Positions 38,700-48,704 of a stretch of DNA of 64,000 nt are shown piece by piece. Both the position numbers and the translations under genes were made by a program. How positions within the stretch are numbered: position 1 is the stretch's first letter; every line of letters begins with the position of its first letter. Source of the stretch: Mobula birostris. Its lineage: Eukaryota. The DNA is taken from assembly GCF_030028105.1 (NCBI RefSeq), contig NC_092383.1, forward strand, positions 87,997,921 to 88,061,920, written 5' to 3'. A model generated the notes under the pieces. The model was not told the DNA's origin. It made no database searches and saw only the letters and a list, made by a program, of their open reading frames with translations.

Positions 38700-40510
38700 T
38701 GATATTGAGACTCTGGAGGATTCCAGTAGCTGTTCCAACACAGGCTAGTGAGAGAGTTCCAGCACAGTTCTGATTGGTGCATTGACCATGGGGGAGTCGG
38801 GAATAGAGTTGCTAATCTGTTATTATACACTGGCGATGGTTACTTGTCATGGAAACTAGAGTTTTTGGAAACTGGAATTTTTGGAAGCTGATGTTGGAGT
38901 AACTGAGACTATTGATATGCTAGCGTTGGTCTACTGGGATCCAGTTGTAAAAGGGAAACTTCCATTCTTGTGGGATCAAATACTCCCATTTTAGAGGGCT
39001 CGTGGGAGCATGCAAGGGGAGAAATAGAAAGCATTTTTTGAAAAGCCTGTCCAATCACCCGGTGTTCAGGGCTGCTTTTGAGAAGGTGCAAGTTCCTTTG
39101 AAGCAGAACTATGAGCATATAAAGGGAACTGTGTGGTACACCCAGTCTAAGCATGTCATGTTAAGTCCTGAAGGAGGAGCTAGAGTGACAGAGGACACCC
39201 TTTTCCAAGGGAGATCTTGCCAATTGGTGGTTAAAGATGCCCAGTAGCGCCTGCTTAAACTGAAGAAAGCTGAGTTCATTCAGGGGACAGGGGGAACTGA
39301 GTCTCCAGAAGATACAAGTGACAGACTGGGGGGGGGGGGGGGCAACCCCTCATTGACAAGGAGTGTCTGAGGCTGCAGAAGCTGAAGCTGAAATAAGGAG
39401 TTCTCAGAGAACCAGAAAACCCCGAGATAGGCTGGCATATGATGCACCTGGGAAGCAAAGTGTGGTGTCAATTCTAATAGTGAGATATGTTATCTCTATT
39501 TACAAATGGATTGAGGATCCTAAAATCACAAACTTCATTTAAATACTGTGTTATTAATAATGGTTTAATAAGTTCCAAAGGCTTACAAAGTCATGAAGAC
39601 TTGACTATTTTTGGAGGGACGAGACTGTAATACCCTGTTTAAGATTTCTACTGCTATGCTCTGAGGTATTTTTATTTTAGCAGTTTTCTGCAGAAGCAGT
39701 GTGTCCTGTTAGAGTGTTTTGGCCTCAGCAAAACATAAGTAGCCACTTTGTCCAACTTACGAATGTTGTGTCAGCCAGTCGCATTTGTCTTGGTAACCTG
39801 TTGTTACTTTCTGCCCAGTGGCATGTTATGGAAGATTCGAGACATCTAGACAGGATCAGTTTTCTACAGAACTTTAGTCTGATTTGGGGTCTTTTTGGGA
39901 GGAGCTGCAAAGCGGAGCACAAGGAATAGTGCCTGGAGAATGTCGCTCGAAGGAGAGACCCTGTTGTAAGAAGTGCTCTGTGCAGAGGAATGGTTCAGAG
40001 GAGGAAGTGACAGTACTCCTGAGTTAGCCAGTTCATTCAAAATAGTCTTTGAGGGAAGGTCGAACTGTGGCTGGTGTCTTTCACGCACAACGTAGATTCA
40101 GCCCATGAGTAATCAAAGTGAAGCATCCCGAGTACTTCAGAAATGAAATCCGATGTCGATGTGCACATTTTGGCTGGTTTAACTGTATTTTTGTTTTCTT
40201 TTCCTGTTAACTGTTTATTAATGTTAAAATATTCACAAATACATTTTTCTTTGTAACTTTATGCCAGTGTACAATCCGTTATTTTAGGAGTAAATGAAAA
40301 CTTTGCACGGGGCAGTATTTATACAGCGTTCACTACAATTCACATTCTTCCCTGAAGCATTCCAACTTTCCTGTTTGGTTGAATCAAATCATACCGACCC
40401 TCGATGTGTGTTTCTTCTGGAAGGTGGCCTGCTCACCACTGAGTCACGTGGCTGTGAGCAGAGTTAGCCAACGAGCCAAGTTTGTATACGAGCTCGGTGA
40501 GAGGGTTACA
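38700..40510 (+). mobile_element. Deleted Gypsy remnant (protease-adjacent region, integrase end, PPT, 3' LTR 39626-40510), same family as the element at 48705-55302
   Basis: ORF 39002..39247 (HPVFRAAFEKVQ) is homologous to 52202..52549. The LTR runs TGTAA...GAGGGTTACA, and its end is the reverse complement of the LTR starts at 48705 and 54245. Confidence 0.75.
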
Positions 40511-41079
40511 ATCCTATCCCTGAGAATTTTATCCAGCAATTTTCCCACAACTGATGTGAGAATCACCAGACTATAGTTCCCAGGATTTTCCCCGTGTTTC
40601 CTTCTTAAATAGAGGTACAACATTAGCCACTTGCCAGTTTTCTGGGACCTTGCTGTGGCTACAGAAGACACTGTCACGGTCCCATCTGGCTATCCCTCAT
40701 CTCGCTCCTATCTCCTTGATTGTGCCTTAATTCCCGTCGTCTGATTCTCAATTGCTGCTAGTTCAATTAATTACAGCACACCTGGTTCCCATCAGAGAAT
40801 GCAGGATAAGAACTCTGGCGTCACAGCCATGGGTCGCCATTTTGTTGGTCAATTTCAGTGAGTGTTAACCTCATTTTCTGATCCCTTAGGACTGATAGTT
40901 CTAAGCTTCGCTCCAATTTCTAGATATTCTACGAAAACCACGCCTCTGAGTCAAGACGCCCCTGGTTATCTGTTTCACGTTTGCAACTGTGCTAGCACCT
41001 CTCAAACCTGTCTCCGTGCCTGTGTCCTGCACTTGGGTTCATCCCCAGTCACTCCCTTGCAACAGACACCGCACTAGGA

Positions 41080-41460
41080 CATCTTCAAGGAGCGGTGTCT
41101 CGGAAAGACAGCGTCCATTATGAAGGACCCCCACCACCCAGGGCATGCCATTTTCTCACTATCATCAGTCAGGAGGTACAGAAGCCTGAAAGCACACACT
41201 CAGTGATTCAGGAACAGCTTCTTCCCCTCTGCCATCTAATTCCTAAATGGACATTGAACCTATGAACAGTACCTCACATTTTTAATATAATTTCTGTTTT
41301 TGCACAATTTTTAATCTATTCATTATATGTATACTACAGGTATCAGTGATTTACTTACTTATTTTTATTTTTTTCTTCTATATTATGTATTGCATTGAAC
41401 TGCTGCTGCTAAGTTAACAAATTTCATGACACATGCGGTGATCATCATTCTGATTCTGTA
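41080..41460 (+). mobile_element. L2/Rex-Babar-type LINE 3' fragment (related pieces at ~2845-3035, ~9250-9450, ~17640-18060, ~19410-19560, ~43700-43910)
   Basis: It translates to IMKDPHHPGHAIFS...RRYRSLKAHTQ*FRNSFFPSA, a typical C-terminus of these clades, followed by an AT-rich tail. Confidence 0.55.
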
Positions 41461-44042
41461 AGCTACTGATCAAAGACCCTGCAATTCCTCTCTTGCCTCC
41501 CTCAATAACCTGGGGTAAATCTCATCAGGCCTTGGGAACTTCCATCTTAATACTCAGTAGGAGGCCCAACACTTCTTCCTCCTTGACATCTAAATACCTA
41601 GCATATTTATACACTCAGCACTGATTCCCTGGTCTTCACTATCCTTTTCCATGGTAAACATTCAACCAAAGTACTCAATAACTACTTGAATTACATTTTC
41701 AACAACCGCTTCCTCTGACAGCTCTTCCATACATTGACCACTCTTTGGGCGGAAAAGTAGCATCTCAACTCACCTCGACAAAAAATCTTCCTCTTTAATC
41801 TCTCCACTCTTTCCTGTGCCCTCTATTCCCCAACTCTGGCAGGAAAAAAACTGTGTGCATTTACCATGTCAATATCCTTCATGATTTTATACACCTCCAT
41901 AAGGTCAACCTTCATTCTCCTACACTCCAAGGTAGTAAATCCTAGCCTGACAAATATCTCTGTAGCTCAGTTACCCAAGTCCAAACAACATGCTTGTAAA
42001 TCTTATCTGTCCTCTATTATTTTCAGCTTAGAGGCATCTTTCCTGCAGCATAGTGACTAAAACTGTACAGAAAACTCCATTACTAAAATCTTGTTTAATG
42101 CAATATAACATTCAGAAACTTATATTAATGCCATGACTGACGAAGGACATCATGCCAGGCCGATTCTCCACCACCACGCCAACATGTGACACCACTTTCA
42201 ATGAATCATCTACTTATACTCCTCTGACCCTCTCAGCTACAACACTCCCCAGAGCCCCACCTTTCACTATGAATGTCCTGTCCTCATTTCTGTTCCCGAA
42301 ATGCCACAGCTTATCTGAACTAAACTGCATTTGCTATTCCCACTAATCTAGCCAATCAATATGGTTCTTGACAACCATCTTCACTACCTATGATATTACC
42401 TGTTGTAATGTCATCTGTAAACATATGTACCAGGCCTTGTACATGCCAATTTAAATAATTAGCCAAAATCAGTTTCCAGCACTTCCCCTGTCGCTCATGG
42501 AACAGCTCACATTTACCTCAGAAGGACTGGAAAGGAAGGGGGAAGATGTGAGAATAAGAAAGTGGCGAAGTGGAGGAGGGACAAGCTAGAATGCGATAGG
42601 TGATACCAGGTTGTTGGAGGGGAGTGCGGGATGAAGTAAGAAGCTGGGAGGTGATAATTAGAAAAGGGAAAGGGCTGGAGAAGTAAGAACCTGATCAAAT
42701 AGGAATGTGGATCATAGGAGAAAGGGAAGAAGGCGGACACGTAGTGTGAGGTGATAGGCAGGTGAGAGGAAATATTAGAAACTAGAGTGGGGAAATTAAG
42801 AACGGGTAAAGGGAGGGAGAATTTGCTAGAATTTGGCTTTGCTCTGATCATTTATTTATTCATTATTTTTGTAATTTAGAGTAATTTTATGTCTTTTCCC
42901 TGCACTCCTGCCACAAAACAACAAATTTCATGTCATATAATTCTCCAACATGAAGTTGGAGAAATTGAATTTCATGCCATCAGCTTGGAGGATACCTAGA
43001 CCTAGTAATACAGTTATGTCATTGCTAGTTGGTGATAAACTATTGATCAGGGAGCATTTTCTGAACCCTAATAGCGTGAATCCAGAATTACTTGACTCCA
43101 TTTATACTGAGCTCTTAACAGAAGCAATCAATTTCCTTTGGTAGAATTATGTAATTGACAAGGGATCGTAGCAGGAACAAATCTGTATTTGGATTGTCTA
43201 ATTCCTTTGTGTTTCCTCAAGTACAAACAGGATTATTTGCAGCAGCACACACAAAATGCTGCAGGGACACAGCAGGCCAGACAGAATCTTTGGAGGATGG
43301 GGGGATATACAGTTGACTTTATTGATCAAGAACCATCCTTAGGTTTGGAAAGGAAAGAGGAAGAAGCCAGAATAAGAAGGTGGGGGAATGGGAAGGAGAA
43401 AGCAGATGTGGTAAGTAAGAGACAGGAGTAATGAAGTTACAGTCTGGGAAGTGATACGAGGAAGAGGTAAAAGATGATCACCTGGTCTCACCTGTCACAT
43501 GCAACCTCTGTTTTAAATTGATTCCCCTCTTGTCCGAGACTTCCCCATTATGGGAATCATCCTTTCTGCATCTACTCTGTCTTGGCTTTTCAACATTCAA
43601 AAGGTTTCAATGAGATCCCCCTCATCCTTCTAAATTCCAGCTACTACAGACCCAAAGCTATCAAACGTTCCTTGTATGATAACACTTCCATTCCCAGAAT
43701 AGTCCCTGTATAGTTTTAGATGACATGCAAACCTTCACAAACATCTAAGAAAGTAAAGGTGCTGCCACACTTTCTTTGCAATGGCACAGATCCTTTGAAA
43801 TTGTAACAAGAAGTTTGTAACACCCTTGACGAGGACTAGCTCATGGACTTCCAGTTTTCCTCTACTGGTCAATAATAATATCTTTGATCTTGCTGATATT
43901 GAGTGAGAGGCACATGTGTTCAAATCTACATCATATTTCTACTTAACAGATCAAAAAAAAGCAGAGGGCAATACTGGAGAAGGAGAAAGTTTGAACATTC
44001 CCATTAGACTAGATCTGTCAATGTCTTTGTCATATTCTGCAG

Positions 44043-44132
44043 GAAGCCAAGACCATCCCAATGGCATGTTCTACTTGCAGTTGCCTTGTCAGCTCTCTTC
44101 CTGCTGCTCATTACTGTCATCATTATACTCAG
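44043..44132 (+). CDS. Receptor TM exon 2 (KPRPSQWHVLLAVALSALFLLLITVIIIL), uncharged TM
   Basis: gtctttgtcatattctgcag acceptor. In phase 2 it gives 21 consecutive uncharged, mostly hydrophobic residues, ending at an AG|gtggga donor. It is not in the ORF track in this frame. Confidence 0.75.
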
Positions 44133-45989
44133 GTGGGAGACAAGACTGAGAAGTTCAGTTCAGTTAAGTAGAAAGATGACCGCTTAAAAATTCCTCTCCT
44201 CTCTGAGACGCCTTTAACAAATTCAGACCATTTGCCTCGTCTACCAAAGCAACCAGTTCATACATTTGCAAAGCACTGGTTAGACAACACCTTGATACAG
44301 ATGTATAAGATGACAAGAGGAATAGATAGAGTGAACATCCAGACCCTATTACCCAGGATGACAATGACTAATACAAGAAGGCACACATTTAAGGTAATTG
44401 GAGTAAAGTTTGGGGGGTATATCAGAGGTAGTTTTTCATACAGGGAGTGGAATGCACTGCCAGGGTGGTGGTAGAGACAAATGCATTCAGAACATTCAAG
44501 AGATTCTTAGATAGGCACATGGATGAAAGAAACTGGAGGCCTATGTGGGAGGGGAAGGGTTAGAATGGGCTTGGAGTAGGTTAAAAAGTTGGCACAACAT
44601 TGAGATCCCAGTAGCTTATTTGCTGCATGCTGCATGTCTCTACAAAATCAATACCTCTGTCAGATGGTTGGAAGCTCCAGTAAGATGATACAAGTGTTGT
44701 GGTTATACCTAGAATGAACAAGAATGTTTTTCTTTGAAAGTGGTACAAAGGATGTAATGAAAGCAGCAAACCAGGAGCTAAATGAAGGAGTTCAAAAGCA
44801 GACGAAGCAATAGGTTCAGACATTTACACAATTTTATTTTGTTTTGTAACTCCAAGTGAAGTTTATTGTCATGTGAACAAGTACAGCGAGGTAATTTCTG
44901 TTCGCCAGGGTAGGGGAAATTAAAAGAATAGATTTAATATGAGAGGAGGGAAAGTTTAAAAGGGAACTGAAGGACATCTTCTTCTTACAGGGGGTGGTGG
45001 GTATATGGAAAAAGTTGCCAGAGGAAGCTGTAGAGACAGATGCAATTACATTTAAAAGACATTAGGACTGGTACATGAATAAGAAAGGCCGAATAGGATA
45101 TAGGCCAAATGCCGGCAAATGGGACTAATTCAGATGGACATCTTGGTTGTTGGCATGGGTTTAACATTGCAGTGCAGTAGATTAATTTGGTATTCTGTAC
45201 AGAACGCCCTGGTGTTACCTCTATTCTGGTTTCAGAAATTGCCCTTATAGACTGTGGCTCTTTCAGTTTTATGGTTTTAATATTCTGTTTTTTGTCCATT
45301 AGTTCTCGTCGCCATTTCACGCAATATGTTAGTTTTTTTATGAAGGGTTTTGTGGTTTAATGTTCTTGCCATCTGCATGATGTGACTTTTGTGTGGGGGA
45401 GGGTGTTTAATGTTTTTCTTTGAACAAACTCCGTGGTTAAATTTGTTTTTATGGTTATCTGAAGAAGATGGATCTGAGTTTCCAGCACGGATGAAGAGCC
45501 TCAGTTTGTAATGTTGACTCCTTCTTCCTGTCTGTCAGTACTGACTGGCTTGCTGAGGTCCTCTAGTCTAGCATGTTCTGTCTGTTGCTCTGGACTTCCA
45601 GCATCTGCGGAACCTCTTGTATTAGTAACAAGGTAGTGTTCATGGGTTTATGAACCACCCAAAAGTCAGAAGGCAGAGGGGAAGAAACTGTTCCTAAATT
45701 TTTGAGGGTGGGTCTTCAGGATCCTCATCTTCTCCCCGACTGTGGTAAAAAGAAGAGGCCATGACCTGGATGGTGTTTACTCATTCCCCGTGGCATTTCC
45801 CCAGGCTTACTTTCTATGTTCACATAGATTTATTTTCTCTTTATAGACCTTAGAAAAGCTCTTAGGGTTCGTTTACATACTCTGTGTTGGTTTACTTACT
45901 CTCCACTGAGTTCTCACAGATGCTCTCTTCTGAGTTCACTCCCCTGTCAACAGTCCACCACTAACTATATTTCTCACTTTACCATACAG

Positions 45990-46121
45990 GAAATCCCTGT
46001 GGCGTATGCCAGTGTGAAGCAATGCAGAGATCACATGGAAAACACGCACATCAATCTTCCTGTTCAACATTCTCCTGAAAATGCCAGAGCACAACATTAC
46101 TCAGAAACTGTAGTGTATTGA
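45990..46121 (+). CDS. Receptor terminal cytoplasmic exon with ITIM (EIPVAYASVK...SETVVY*)
   Basis: tttctcactttaccatacag acceptor, phase 0. VAYASV matches the ITIM consensus (S/I/V/L)xYxx(I/V/L). Stop TGA at 46119-46121, AATAAA 36 nt later. Confidence 0.75.
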   Translation, partial: EIPVAYASVKQCRDHMENTHINLPVQHSPENARAQHYSETVVY

Positions 46122-46156
46122 GTGGTTGCTGACTAATAATAATTAATTCAAGATCC

Positions 46157-46162
46157 AATAAA
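46157..46162 (+). terminator. Candidate distal polyadenylation signal AATAAA
   Basis: Canonical hexamer just downstream of the ITIM exon stop codon. Confidence 0.6.
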
Positions 46163-46379
46163 AACCTAGAAAACATCGCAAATACAGTTGGGTGAACGTT
46201 TCTTTGTTTTAGTGCAGCTGTTTCCCACAAGCCCTCAACCATGACAGCATTCTGTGGGGCTGTGTTGGACTGCTGCAGGAGCAAGCAGCTGGTGGCCACA
46301 TTGTTCTTCATCCCTCTTTGTCCCTGAACAAGCTCAGGGGTGTTCAGCAACCACAGGCTTGATGAAACCTGTAGGCAAG

Positions 46380-47120
46380 ACAAGGTGGCATGGAGCCCAG
46401 TGCTGGGGGACTGTTGAGTTGGGTGGAGGGATGGCTGGTAGTTGGTGCTTGGGGTTGGGTTGGTAGTTGCTGGGGGGTGGGGTAGTGGAATGGGCTGAGA
46501 GAATGCTTTCAGGATAATGGAGATGACATAGTGTTGAGGAGGTGGGGCAGAGAGAAGCTCATGATGTGTTGGGAGGGAGTAGTTGGCATTGAGGAGGGGG
46601 AAAATGAATTTGCCAGGGTGCTGGGAATTGGAAGTTGGTGGTGCCTTGGGGAGGGGTAAGTTGATGGCGTTGAGGTGGAGGGAGTTGCCAAGTTGCAGGG
46701 GGGTGGGGAAAGAAAAGGCAAGTTTTTTCCTGTATTGGGAGAGGGGAGGGAAATTGGCAGTGTATTGGGAAAGGAATAGTGGAAGTTGTCAGTGTGTTGG
46801 GAGGAGGGAGTTCACAGCGTTGTGGAGGGGAGAAGGAGATTCTGTCAGTTTGTTGGTGAGAAGTATTCAGTGTATTGGTGGCGAGTTGTCAGTATGCTGG
46901 GAGGTGGCAGATAGCAGTGAGTTTGGGAAGGGGAAAGGATGCACTGGCAACACACACAAAATGAGCAGGACAGGCAGGGTCTATGGAGAGGAGCAGACAG
47001 TCAATCTTTTGGGCTAAAACTCTTCATAATACCCCAACACTCTGCTAGCGTCTCCTTTCCGATTCCCCAACACACTGCCAATTTCTCCACTCCCAGCACA
47101 ATCTCAAGTATGTTGGTTCT
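46380..47120. repeat. Degenerate G-rich minisatellite-like tract (ggcagtgtattggga-type units)
   Basis: Repeated imperfect units on + from ~46480 to 46930. The same unit appears in reverse orientation at ~47030-47100. Confidence 0.5.
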
Positions 47121-47369
47121 TAACACAAATGATGTATTTCACTCAATGTTTTAATGTACATGCAACAAATAAACTTAAATCCTGAATGTTGAAATTTGAC
47201 CCAAACCATGAGCTCCAGCCTGAAGTTGAACTACAGGAAACTGATGCCTGGTTACCAGCCTAACAACAATCCCATAGACTCCCAGATAGAAAGCTTACCC
47301 GTGTACATAATAAATTAAAGGCAGAACTGCACACAGCTCGTGAAACACACAATGAACTCAAGTGTCAGG

Positions 47370-47600
47370 AGAGAGGAGGATATTCTCATAAGCTAGTCCT
47401 GGGACTGGCAAAGATAGCTATCCATGGGTCCTTGAGGTCTGCAGCGGAGGGCTCTGCCCAGGCTGACAGCCTGACAGTCTCCTGGGGGTACATCTGTGCC
47501 CGTGGAGAACAGTCGCTCAGTGTCCTCGGCTACCATGGAGGGGTTCTAGGATTGAATTGGGGAGCATTCCTTCTGGATGAGTGACTGCCCTGTTGAAGTT
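47370..47600 (+). mobile_element. Tx1/L1-type ORF2 C-terminal fragment
   Basis: It translates to KLVLGLAKIAIHGS...GYICAR, resembling Tx1-clade C-termini. Confidence 0.45.
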
Positions 47601-47999
47601 GGCTTGGAAAAAAGAGGAAGTTTGCTCTGAAGGTAAACCCGGAGTGTGTGTGAATTCTGTCCGTCTATGATTGGAGCTGCAGTCTGAGCCCACGAGAACA
47701 CTGGACCTATGGAGCACCACCCACTCTAGGAGCCCATTAATGCACCACCAGGAGAACCAACAAGAATCAGACATGTTGGCGGGAAGGTGTCCAGACAACC
47801 TTAGGGACAAACAGGGACGTGTGAGAGGGTGTAGCCGTAACTATAAGACTATGGTGTGATTTGAAACTGGGGAGACAGAAGAACTAGTAGGCCAGAATCA
47901 GGAGCAAGAATCGGTAAATCTGCATTGTACAGACCTGAACCTCTCAGTGAGGAAGCTGAACAGAAGTTTCAGGATTCAAGATTCCAAATGGGATCACTA

Positions 48000-48430
48000 T
48001 GCATACTGGAAGGCCATCTTCTCACTCTAGTGGCCCTCTTAGCCCTTCTCTTTCCCTCCCTTTCCCATCATCTCCCCGAGTCGCCAGCCGCTTCCCTTAA
48101 TACGATGGTCCACTGTCATCTCCTATCAGATTACTTCTCCTTCAGCCCTTTATCTATTCTACCTATCACCCTCAAGCTTCTCACATCATATCATTCCCTT
48201 TCAACCCCACTTCCCCTTCACCTGGACTCCTCCTGCCAGTCTCTGCTCCTCCCCACACCAATTTCTTCTGGGTTCTGCTCCCTTCCTTCCAGTTCTGATG
48301 AAGGTTCTCCACCAGAAATGTCAACTGTTCATTCCCCTCCACTGACACTGCCTGGCCTCCTGAGGTCTAACTCCATTTTGTCTGTGTTGTTTAAAATTTC
48401 CAGCATCTACTGTACGTTTTCCTTGTGTCA
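48000..48430 (+). mobile_element. Penelope-type element 3'/pseudo-LTR fragment
   Basis: A pyrimidine-rich segment leads into a hammerhead-like motif and the abundant ...ctgcctggcctcctgag...tttccagcatct arm. Related minus-strand pieces are at ~42480-42830 and ~43240-43500. Confidence 0.5.
48290..48327 (+). ncRNA. Putative minimal type I hammerhead ribozyme
   Basis: CAGTT-CTGATGA-AGGTTCTCCACCA-GAAAT-GTC-AACTG. Stem I (CAGTT/AACTG), both conserved core boxes, a short stem II (GGT/ACC) and a GUC cleavage triplet are present. Confidence 0.5.
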
Positions 48431-48704
48431 CTGGTAAGTCTCAAAAGACCTAACTCATTGGGTAAAATTCTGCCATTCAGTCCATCAAGTTCGCTCCACC
48501 ATTCAAACAAGTCTGATTTATTTTCCTTCCCAACCCTATTCTCTTGCCTTCCTCCTGTAACTTTTGATGGCCATACAGATCAAAAACCTATCAACCTCTG
48601 CTTTAGATATCAAGGTTCAAAGTAAATTTATTATCAAACTGCATATATGTCGACATATTTAGCCTGAGATTCACTTTCCTGTGGGCTTACTCAGCAAATC
48701 TATA

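Noticed and set aside
43950-44007. Acceptor-like acttaacag followed by RSKKSRGQYWRRRKFEHSH* (phase 2), a possible short tail for TM1 or a secreted-form end
   Set aside because: It is plausible but has no independent support. Its GT at 43989 would leave only a 54-nt intron before TM2, and no poly(A) signal is evident before TM2.
21720-44042. A third Ig exon or second leader that would make TM2-ITIM a separate gene
   Set aside because: None was seen in the ORF track or by eye. A heavily decayed exon cannot be excluded without a translated search.
47925-48437. 170-aa hydrophobic, Leu/Ser/Pro-rich ORF
   Set aside because: It is the translation of a pyrimidine-rich repeat fragment, with no splice or domain support.
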